Assembly: GCA_036149055.1 (NCBI GenBank)
Contig: JAYZQJ010000121.1
Span: 1-21,767, forward strand
Origin: Myxococcota bacterium
GTDB taxonomy: Bacteria > Myxococcota_A > Polyangia > Polyangiales > Sandaracinaceae
DNA: 21,767 nucleotides
Reading direction: 5' to 3'
Below, in pieces: positions 7,684 through 15,538 of this stretch. Positions within the stretch are counted from its first letter, which is position 1; every line of letters starts with the position of its first letter. Position numbers and translations under genes: made by a program. The notes beneath the pieces were generated by a model, which did no database searches, had not been told where the DNA came from, and saw only the letters and a program-made list of their open reading frames with translations.

Positions 7684-10600
7684 TCACTCCAGCTCGTAGT
7701 CCGCTTCGGGCACGATGCGCTCGGCGACGTCGCGGATGCTGCGGTTGATCTCGTCGAGCTGCCGGCCGAGGCCGCTCAGGGTGCCGGTGACGCGGGTGAC
7801 CGGATCGTCGTCGCCGCCGCCGACCGTCTGCAGGCGCTTGTACTCGCGCTTGATCTCCTCCCACCGCTGCTTCTGGGCGGGGCTCAGACGGCCGCGCATC
7901 TCGGCGAGCTTGAGCAGGTTCTGCTCCGCGCCGGTCGTCAGGGTCTGACTCTCGCCCTGGTAATGGTCGTCGAGGAGGCGCTCGAGCTCCTCGTCGTTCA
8001 TCGCGCTCACGACCTTCTCGGCGAGCTTGTTCATGTTGCGGTAGCTGCCCTGGAGCTTGAAGGGGGGCTCGGTGCGGTAGGCGTCCTCCATCGAAGCCGA
8101 GCGGATGTACTCGGCGTTCACCCGGCTCAGCACCGCCTGCACCTTCAGCAGCTTCTGGAGCACGCCGACCGCCTCCTGCGCCTCGACCGCGCTCCAGTCG
8201 TGCTCGAACTCGCTGCTCGCCACCTCGCCGCCCTTGGCGCGCGCAACGAAGCGGTGCACGTCGTCGAGCGAGCGCGTCGCCACCGGGCCCAGCGTGGGGT
8301 TGCTGGTGAGCGCGTTCTCCACGTAGGAGAGCGCGAACTGCTCGCCCTTGCCCTCGAGGATGTCGCCGAGGTTGTAGGTGTCGGCGCGGTTGGCGAGCAT
8401 GTCGGGGATCTGGAACTTGTCGCCGCTCTCCGTGTAGGGGTTGCCGGCCATGATCACGCAGAACCGCTTGCCGCGTAGATCGTAGGTCCGCGTCTCGCCG
8501 CCCCACACGCCCTCGATCCGCCGCTGGCCGTCGCAGAGGCTGATGAACTTCTGCAGCAGCTCGGGGTGGGTGTGTTGGATGTCGTCGAGGTAGAGCATCA
8601 CGTTGTTGCCCATCTCGAGCGCGAGGTTGATCTTCTCGACCTCCTGGCGGGCGGTCGCGTTCGGCGCCTCGGCCGGATCGATCGAGGTGACCGCGTGCCC
8701 GAGCGACGGGCCGTTGACCTTGACGAAGACGAGGCCGAGCTGGCTCGCCACGTACTCCATCAGCGTCGTCTTGCCGTAGCCGGGCGGGCTGATGAGGAGC
8801 AGGAGGCCCATGCGATCGGTGCGCGCGTCGGCGCCGGCGGTGCCGATCTGCTTGGCGAGGTTGTCGCCGATCATCGGCAGGTAGACCTCGTCGATCAGCC
8901 GGTTGCGCACGAAGGAGCTGAGCACGCGCGGCATCAGCTCGCCGAGGCGCAGCTTGCGGCGCTGCTGATCGATGAGCTTCTGGCGCAGCGCGCGGTAGGC
9001 CCGGTGGCGGGGCACCTGGTGATGCACGAAGCGGTCGAGCCGCTCGAGCACCTCGTCGAGGCGCAGCGTGATCACGCCGCCGTCGATCCGCGGGTGCTGC
9101 CCGAGCAGGCCGCTCAGCTGCAGCGTCCCGAGCGCGGCGCTGGTCTCGCGCGGGAGCAGGCCCTCGGTGACGAGCAGGGCGGCCGCCTCCTCGAGCGAGG
9201 GGGACAGCTCCGCCCGCCGCGCCGCGTCCGGGCCCAGGGCCGACTCGCGGCTCAGGAACGCCTCGAGCCAGGCCCGCGCGAGGCTCAGCCGGTCGACGAG
9301 GTCGACGTCGGCGCTCTTCAGCTCGTCCTCGAGCAGGCGCCGCGCGTTCTTCTTCTCGAGGTCGCTCCACAGCGCGTCGGTCAGCTCGACCGCCTCGGCG
9401 CTGGTGGTGAAGCGCAGCGCCTCGCCGGTCAGCTCGGCCGCGAGGTAGCGGGCGGCGAGCGCGATCTCGCCCTCGGCCGGGGCGTGCCGCGGGTCTCGCG
9501 CCAGCTGTTCCGCGTCGGCGAAGCGCCGGAGCGCGGCCTCGATCTCGGTCTCGAGCTCGGCCATCGCCGGGCTGCGCCCGAAGGTGCGGCTCAGCCGCCC
9601 GAGGCTCGCGGCCACGCGCTGCAGGCGCCCACGGAGGCGGTCGTCCTTGCAGGCCGCCCAGAAGAGGCAGGCGAGGGCGCGGGGCTGCGGCGGGAAGCGG
9701 AGGAGCCCTGCGGTGCTCTCCATCGCGAGCAGCTTCTCGAGGATCCGCGCCGCGTCGGTGTCGTGCACGCCGCGGTCGTAGCCCTCGTCGTAGCGCTGCT
9801 GCGCCGCGTCACGCACGAGCGCCTCGATCCGGCCCTCGCGCAGCGCCTCGTGCAGGGCGTGGATCGCGCCGTCCTTCTCGGCCGCGAAGAGCAGCGTCGC
9901 GGCGAGGTACTCGCCCCGGTAGACCTCGCCGCTCTCGCTCGGCAGCGGCTGGTCCCAGAGATCGCGCAGCTCCGCGAGGCGCGGGTCGTCGATCGGCTGG
10001 TAGAAGTCCGAGCCGGTGAGGTGGAAGGCGAGGCCCTCGCCGCGCGGCACGATGGTCAGGTCCAGCGGCTGCGCGTTCACCCCGAAGCGGTGGCGCCCGA
10101 GCTTGATGATGGAGTCGCCGTCCTCGAAGAGATCCTGCTTGTCGCGCAGGGTCCGGAGCGCGTCCTGGCGCGCGGTCTTGAGCTTCGCGGCCAGCTCCTC
10201 GGCGTGCACCGAGTCGCCGAGCTCCTGCAGCCGCTCCACCAGGTCGCGCAGCTTGAGCACCATCGCGTCCGACGCGAACCAGGCGTTGAGCGCGTCGGTC
10301 TCGCTGAAGGTGCGCGCCCGGCGCCCCACGCCTTCGAGGATGCGCTCGGCGGCGGTGACGAGCGTGCCGGCGCGGCGCTGACGCTCCTCCTGGAGGCGCT
10401 GCTTGCGCGCGCCGAACGCGGTCACGATCTCTTCGCGCTTGTCGGCGAGATCGCCGATGAACTCCTCGAGCTCGCCGAAGCGGGCCTCGAGCTCCTCGAG
10501 CTGCACCATCAGGCGGGAGAGCTGCTCGTCGCACTGCTCGGGCGTCTCGCACTGCGCGAGCGCGCTCTGCACGCTCTGGCCGAGCAAGGCGAACTGCGCG

Positions 10601-12669
10601 CTGAACTCGGCGCGCCCCTCGCGGGTGAGCACCTCCTTCTTGCGGTTCGACAGGGTCGCGCGGGCCCGGTTGAGCTGCGCGTAGACCTCGCCGATCCGCT
10701 CGAGGATCGCGGTGCGCGCGGTCGCGTCCTCCACCTGCAGGCCGGAGACCACCTCGCTCAGCACCTCGAGGCCCTCGCCGATGCCGCCGATCTCGTCCTC
10801 GAGCGCCTGGAGCGCCGCGCCTTTGTCGGCCGCCTCGACCTTCGCGAGCGCCGCCTCGATGCGCTTCCGCAGCGGGGCGAGGGACGCGGGGTCCAGCAGG
10901 AACTCGACCGTCGCCTTGCCGACCGCGTCGTAGCGCTCGGTCGTCTCCGCCTCGAGCGCCTCGAGCGCCTCGAGATCCATGTAGCGGAGCACGCGCAGGG
11001 TGATCAGGTGACCGCGCCGGGTCCGGAGCGCGGTCAGCGCGTCCATGAACTTCGAGACCTCGCGCCACTCCTGCGGGCGCAGCGTGCGGACGAGCGCGGC
11101 CTGCGCCTCGCGCGCCTCCTCGAGCGCGCTCACCGCGCGGGCCCGGATGGTCTCGACCTTCTCGAACTCGTCGATGACGAGCTCGGCGGTCTGCCGCAGG
11201 CCGTGGATCGTCTCGCCCAGGTCCTCGACGTCGGCGTGACCGAGCCAGTGGTAGGTGTCGAGGGCGCGGCTGCACGCGGCGACGAGGTCCTCGAAGCCCT
11301 GGCGCGACGGAGCGCGCGGCGCGCTCAGCCGACGCACGGTGAAGGCGTCGCTGATCCCGCGCACCAGCTCGGCGTTGCCGATCTTCGCGAGGTAGCCGCC
11401 CTCGGTCGGCGCCGCCCGGTCGGCGTGCTCGACGCTCGAGAACGGGGTCTGCCACACCTGCATCGGGTGCACGCGCACCGGCTCGTCGCCCGTCACCCGG
11501 AAGCAGACCATCTTGCCGTCGGCGAAGAGCGAGTAGCCGTGGCAGGGGATCGGGTTCTGCACCTCCTTGCGGATGAGGTTGTAGGGCAGGAGCTTGTAGA
11601 GCCCGTCGGCGCGCCGGTGGAAGACGTAGAGCACGTCCTCGCCGTTCGGGCTGCGGATCGCGCGCTTGAGCTCGAGGCCGCTCGAGTCTCCCTCGAAGAT
11701 CTTCGTGTCGCCGCTCTGCAGGTAGTAGCCGCCCGGGAAGATGATGCCCTGGTCCTCCGGGAGCCGGAGGCAGGCCTCGCCGATGGCGTCGATGCGGGTG
11801 ACCCGGTGGGTGCGCGTGTCGAAGACCAGGTAGCGGGTCTCGGTCTCCCGGTAGGGCAGGACCTTCAGCAGGTAGAGCCCACCGACCTTCGCCCAGGCGA
11901 TCTCGGCGTCGTCGAGGGTCTGGTCGCGGTGCTCCACCGGCTCGCGGTAGACGCCCTCGCCGGTCTCGGTGTTGTCCTCGACCTTGATGGTCAGGTCGCC
12001 GCCGAGCGTCTCGACGAAGAGGGCGTCGTCGACGTTCACGTGCGGGAAGCGGCCGGCCACGTGGTCGTCGCGCGTCACCTGGATCCACTCGAAGTCGTGG
12101 CTCGGCGGGAAGACGTGGTGACGCTCGCCCCGGTTGCCGAGGTAGGCGATGCGCCCGTCCGGCGAGACGCTCCAGTGGAAGACCCGCACGTCGTCCACCG
12201 TCTCGCCGATCTGGAAGATGGCGAGCAGGTAGCCGGTCTCGGTCATGCGCAGCTGGATGAGCCGCGCCTTCTTGTAGTAGCGGTAGAGCTCTCCGAGCTC
12301 GCGCACGAAGTCGGGCGCGTCGAGCAGCCCGGGCGCGTCGGCCGCGTCGAGCTCGAAGCCGTCCGCGCCCTCGGTGAGCGCGTGCACGCTGAAGACGTCG
12401 GCCGCGGTCGGCTCGCGGAGGTGCAGCACCACGTTGAAGCCGAAGAGCAGCCGGCCGCCCACCTGCACGATGTCGCGCGGGACGCAGTTGTTCTCCGTGC
12501 GCACCCGCGTGGTGCCGGCGATGGCGAGCTCGGATCCGCCGAACACCTCCTGGCGGCGGTCGTTGAGCCGGCCGGCCTTCTCCGCGAGCACCTCGCCCTG
12601 CTTGGCCAGGCGCTCGCGGAGGACCTCGTAGCTGCCGCCCTCGAGGGCGTCGGCGCGCGCTCCGCTCAT
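7684..12669 (-). CDS. Giant AAA+ ATPase, DUF3686 ('DNA repair ATPase')-type: beta-rich N-terminus, long coiled coil, C-terminal AAA+
   Basis: Walker A LLLISPPGYGKTT, Walker B MLYLDDIQH, sensor-1-like IMAGNP and Arg-finger-like MLANR. The N-terminal GGSYEVLRERL..RVRTENNCVPRDIV is recalled as typical of this family. The ATG overlaps the upstream stop (TGATG). Confidence 0.85.
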   Translation of the reverse strand: MSGARADALEGGSYEVLRERLAKQGEVLAEKAGRLNDRRQEVFGGSELAIAGTTRVRTENNCVPRDIVQVGGRLLFGFNVVLHLREPTAADVFSVHALTEGADGFELDAADAPGLLDAPDFVRELGELYRYYKKARLIQLRMTETGYLLAIFQIGETVDDVRVFHWSVSPDGRIAYLGNRGERHHVFPPSHDFEWIQVTRDDHVAGRFPHVNVDDALFVETLGGDLTIKVEDNTETGEGVYREPVEHRDQTLDDAEIAWAKVGGLYLLKVLPYRETETRYLVFDTRTHRVTRIDAIGEACLRLPEDQGIIFPGGYYLQSGDTKIFEGDSSGLELKRAIRSPNGEDVLYVFHRRADGLYKLLPYNLIRKEVQNPIPCHGYSLFADGKMVCFRVTGDEPVRVHPMQVWQTPFSSVEHADRAAPTEGGYLAKIGNAELVRGISDAFTVRRLSAPRAPSRQGFEDLVAACSRALDTYHWLGHADVEDLGETIHGLRQTAELVIDEFEKVETIRARAVSALEEAREAQAALVRTLRPQEWREVSKFMDALTALRTRRGHLITLRVLRYMDLEALEALEAETTERYDAVGKATVEFLLDPASLAPLRKRIEAALAKVEAADKGAALQALEDEIGGIGEGLEVLSEVVSGLQVEDATARTAILERIGEVYAQLNRARATLSNRKKEVLTREGRAEFSAQFALLGQSVQSALAQCETPEQCDEQLSRLMVQLEELEARFGELEEFIGDLADKREEIVTAFGARKQRLQEERQRRAGTLVTAAERILEGVGRRARTFSETDALNAWFASDAMVLKLRDLVERLQELGDSVHAEELAAKLKTARQDALRTLRDKQDLFEDGDSIIKLGRHRFGVNAQPLDLTIVPRGEGLAFHLTGSDFYQPIDDPRLAELRDLWDQPLPSESGEVYRGEYLAATLLFAAEKDGAIHALHEALREGRIEALVRDAAQQRYDEGYDRGVHDTDAARILEKLLAMESTAGLLRFPPQPRALACLFWAACKDDRLRGRLQRVAASLGRLSRTFGRSPAMAELETEIEAALRRFADAEQLARDPRHAPAEGEIALAARYLAAELTGEALRFTTSAEAVELTDALWSDLEKKNARRLLEDELKSADVDLVDRLSLARAWLEAFLSRESALGPDAARRAELSPSLEEAAALLVTEGLLPRETSAALGTLQLSGLLGQHPRIDGGVITLRLDEVLERLDRFVHHQVPRHRAYRALRQKLIDQQRRKLRLGELMPRVLSSFVRNRLIDEVYLPMIGDNLAKQIGTAGADARTDRMGLLLLISPPGYGKTTLMEYVASQLGLVFVKVNGPSLGHAVTSIDPAEAPNATARQEVEKINLALEMGNNVMLYLDDIQHTHPELLQKFISLCDGQRRIEGVWGGETRTYDLRGKRFCVIMAGNPYTESGDKFQIPDMLANRADTYNLGDILEGKGEQFALSYVENALTSNPTLGPVATRSLDDVHRFVARAKGGEVASSEFEHDWSAVEAQEAVGVLQKLLKVQAVLSRVNAEYIRSASMEDAYRTEPPFKLQGSYRNMNKLAEKVVSAMNDEELERLLDDHYQGESQTLTTGAEQNLLKLAEMRGRLSPAQKQRWEEIKREYKRLQTVGGGDDDPVTRVTGTLSGLGRQLDEINRSIRDVAERIVPEADYELE

Positions 12670-14924
12670 CACTCCTCGGACGAGGCGACGCTGCCCTCGA
12701 CCTCGGCGTCGAAGCCGAGCTCACGCGCCTTGTCGATCAGCTGCTGGAGCTTGCCCTTGTCGATCCCGCCGCGGCTCATCAGCTGGCCGAGCGCCGCGCT
12801 GAGGGTCAGCGACTGCACCGCCTCGGGGGTCACGCGCGGCCGGGTGAGGATCTCCTTGAGGTCGCCCGGCAGGCTGCTGTCGCCCGCGAGGTACTCGGCG
12901 AGCACCTTCTGCGCGGTGTCGGACTGGCCGACGAAGCCGTCGATGCTCTGGCCCATGCCGACCGCCTTCACGAAGCGGTCGAAGAACTCGCCGTCGCCGC
13001 CCACGATGTTCATCTTCGTGTTCTTGAAGGCCTCGCCCAGGGTCTTCGCCTGCGCCTCGGCCACGTGCCGGGTGTTCTCGATCCGGGCGAGCTCGACCTC
13101 CTTGTCCTTCTCGAGCCGGATGCGGAACTCCTCGTGCTCCTTGGCCGCGCCCTGGAGCTTCTTCATCGCCTCGGCCTTCTCGCTCAGGCCGGCCGCCTCC
13201 GCGAGGAGCTTCTCGCGCACTGCGGTCGCCTCGGCGAGGCCCTGCTTCTCGATGGCCGCGGCCTTCTCGACCTCGACCTGCGCCTCGGCCATGCCCTTCT
13301 CGCGCTCGCCGGCCGCGTGGGCGAGGAGCTTCTCCTTCTCGCCCTGCGCCTCGGCCAGCAGCCGCTCGCGGGTCGCGTTCGCCTCGGCCTGGCCCTGCTT
13401 CTCGACCGCGGCGGCGTCGGCCTCGCGGACCTTCACCCCGGCGAGGCCCTTCTTCTCCTCGCCCTGCGCCTCGGCCTGCATCTGCTCGAGGGTCACCCGC
13501 GCCTTGACCATGCCCTCCTTCTCGAGGGCGGCGGCCATCGCCTCCTTGACCTGGACGTTCGCGAGCCCCGGCGCCGCCGCCTCGGCCTTGGTGCCGTCGG
13601 CCGCGCGGATCTTCGCCTTGGCCTCCTTGTCGGCCGCCTCCAGCGACGCGTCCGCCTCGATGAGCTTGGTGCGCGCCTGGAACTTGGCGACCTCCTCCTG
13701 GGCCTCGGCCGCCTTGATGTCCTTGACGAGCTTCTCCTGCGCCGCGGCCTCGGCCCCGATGCGGATCGTCTCCTTGTCACGCTCGGCGCCGGCGAGGGCC
13801 CGGAGGGTCTTGATGCCCTCCTCCTCCTCGGCGACCTTTTTCTCGACCGAGATGCGGCTCGAGATGAGGTCCGCGATCTCCTTCTTCTCGCCCTCGAGCG
13901 CCTTCTCCTTGCCGATGCGGGACAGCTCGACCTCGCGCTCGCGCGCGACGACCTCGAGCCCCTTGTCCTTCTCGACGCGCTCGGCCTCGATGGTGATGGT
14001 GCGCTGCTTGTTCCACTGCGCGACCGCCACCTGACGCTGCTTGTTCTCCTCGGCGATCGCGAGCTCCTCCTGGGCACCGATCTTCGCCATCTCGGCGCGC
14101 TTGTTCTCCTCGGCGCGGATCTTGTCCGTCTCGGCCGACTCGCGGGCCTGCATCACGGCGATCTCGCGCTGCTGCCGCGCGTGCGCCTCGGCGCGCTGCT
14201 TCTCGAGCTCGAACACCGCCTGGTCGGACTCGACGTTCTGGCGGGTGATCTCCTTGCGCTCGTCCTGCTTGTACTTGTTGGTCAGGACGGCCTGCTGCGT
14301 CGTGAGCATCGTGATCTTGTGGATGCCCTGCGCGTCGAGCACGTCCTGCGCGTCGAGGTGCTCGATCGGCGTCTGCTCGAGGTAGTCGATCGCCGCGTCC
14401 TCGAGCACGAAGCCGTTCAGGTCCTCGCCGATGACCCGCACGATGTCGTCGCGGAACTTCTCGCGCTCCTTGTAGAGGTCCTCGAAGTCGAGCCGCTTGC
14501 CGACCGTCTTGAGCGCCTCGGAGAACTTGGCCGCGAAGAGCTCCTCGACCGCCGCCTGCTCCGACGCGCGCTTCACGCCGACGCTCTGCGCCACCCGCAG
14601 GACGTCGTCCTGGGTCTTGTTCACCCGCACGAAGAAGGTGACCTTGATGTCGGCGCGGATGTTGTCCTGGCAGATGAGCCCCTCGCCGCCGCGCCGGTCG
14701 ACCTCGATGGTCTTGACCGAGATGTCCATCTCCTCGGCCCGGTTGATGACCGGCCAGACCATGCCGCCGCTGAAGGTGACGGTCGGCTCGCCGCGGGCGC
14801 CGTTGATCACCAGGGCGCGCCCCTGATCGACCTTCCGGTAGAAGCGCACGAACATCACGAGGAAGCCCATGGCGAAGATGACGAGCGCGCCACCTCCGAT
14901 CAGCAACGGGTACAGGTCGGTCAT
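12669..14924 (-). CDS. Flotillin/SPFH (band 7, YqiK-like) membrane protein, 751 aa
   Basis: N-terminal TM helix, SPFH segment GLICQDNIRADIKVTFFVRVN..FSEALKTVGK..IDYLEQT..LDAQGI, and a long E/A/K-rich coiled coil. SD GGAGGAG lies upstream of ATG 14924. Confidence 0.9.
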   Translation of the reverse strand: MTDLYPLLIGGGALVIFAMGFLVMFVRFYRKVDQGRALVINGARGEPTVTFSGGMVWPVINRAEEMDISVKTIEVDRRGGEGLICQDNIRADIKVTFFVRVNKTQDDVLRVAQSVGVKRASEQAAVEELFAAKFSEALKTVGKRLDFEDLYKEREKFRDDIVRVIGEDLNGFVLEDAAIDYLEQTPIEHLDAQDVLDAQGIHKITMLTTQQAVLTNKYKQDERKEITRQNVESDQAVFELEKQRAEAHARQQREIAVMQARESAETDKIRAEENKRAEMAKIGAQEELAIAEENKQRQVAVAQWNKQRTITIEAERVEKDKGLEVVAREREVELSRIGKEKALEGEKKEIADLISSRISVEKKVAEEEEGIKTLRALAGAERDKETIRIGAEAAAQEKLVKDIKAAEAQEEVAKFQARTKLIEADASLEAADKEAKAKIRAADGTKAEAAAPGLANVQVKEAMAAALEKEGMVKARVTLEQMQAEAQGEEKKGLAGVKVREADAAAVEKQGQAEANATRERLLAEAQGEKEKLLAHAAGEREKGMAEAQVEVEKAAAIEKQGLAEATAVREKLLAEAAGLSEKAEAMKKLQGAAKEHEEFRIRLEKDKEVELARIENTRHVAEAQAKTLGEAFKNTKMNIVGGDGEFFDRFVKAVGMGQSIDGFVGQSDTAQKVLAEYLAGDSSLPGDLKEILTRPRVTPEAVQSLTLSAALGQLMSRGGIDKGKLQQLIDKARELGFDAEVEGSVASSEE

Positions 14925-15121
14925 CTCAGCTCTCCTCCGTCGACTCGGCGCACTACCGCGTCGTCCCCCGCGAGAGCCTGGCCCCTCCATGCCCCCCGGA
15001 GCGTCGCGAGCGCTCGATCTACACGAACCTCGCGGCGCTTGTCAGCCGGCTCTGTGAGCCTGCGCCGCGGGTCGTCACGGAGCGCAACGGCCGGCGGACC
15101 CGACCATTCCGAGAATCGGAG

Positions 15122-15514
15122 CTATCGAGGCCGGTGCTCGGTGCCCGCGCCGGCGGTGATGAAGAGCGCGGTCGCCTCGCCGTCCACGTCGGCGGTGTGC
15201 CAGACGCCGGGCTCGTTGATGGCGTACTGCCCCGCCGTCAGGGTCACCGCGCGGGTCTCGCCGTCCACCTCCTGGATCAGCGTGATCTCGCCGGCGGTGC
15301 AGACCACGACCTCGTGCCCGCGCGGGTGCATCTCCCAGCTCGTCCAGGGCTCCGAGAAGGTGTGCATCGACACCAGCCGCCCCTCCTCGCCGTCGGCGGC
15401 GTGCCGCGCGCCGTAGCCCATGTACCAGCTCATGTCGCCGGTGAAGTCGGGCTCGCTGACCGCGGTCGCGCCGAGGCCGAGGTGGATGGGGTTCTTCTCC
15501 AGACGGTGAGGCAT
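15122..15514 (-). CDS. Cupin-domain protein
   Basis: Cupin motif 1 WEMHPRGHEVVVCTAG and motif 2 GQYAINEPGVWHTA. Confidence 0.88.
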   Translation of the reverse strand: MPHRLEKNPIHLGLGATAVSEPDFTGDMSWYMGYGARHAADGEEGRLVSMHTFSEPWTSWEMHPRGHEVVVCTAGEITLIQEVDGETRAVTLTAGQYAINEPGVWHTADVDGEATALFITAGAGTEHRPR

Positions 15515-15538
15515 GCCGAAAACTTAGTATAGTCGGCC
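15515..15538. promoter_or_regulatory. Compact bidirectional promoter region (cupin / aceK)
   Basis: This 24-bp gap has an AT-rich core, AAAACTTAGTATAGT. It offers TATAGT or TAGTAT on the plus strand and TAAGTT on the minus strand, 5-8 nt before each start codon. Confidence 0.5.

Noticed and set aside
7684..12669. SMC/Rad50-like DNA repair function for the large ATPase
   Set aside because: There is no N-terminal Walker A, no LSGG signature and no split ABC head. The motifs form a contiguous C-terminal AAA+ module.
9809..12724. 971-aa Arg/Gly/Pro-rich alternative-frame ORF, and the N-terminal ~560 aa of ORF 6194-9370
   Set aside because: Off-frame readings inside the ATPase gene with composition typical of GC-rich frame-shifted translation. 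The real third gene starts at ATG 7681.
8566..14034. 1822-aa plus-strand ORF (also 13065-15416, 789-2783, 3368-4573, 6218-7699, and minus-strand 15524-17089, 19510-20682)
   Set aside because: These are antisense shadows of well-supported genes. High GC and codon bias suppress stops, and the translations carry no recognisable motifs.
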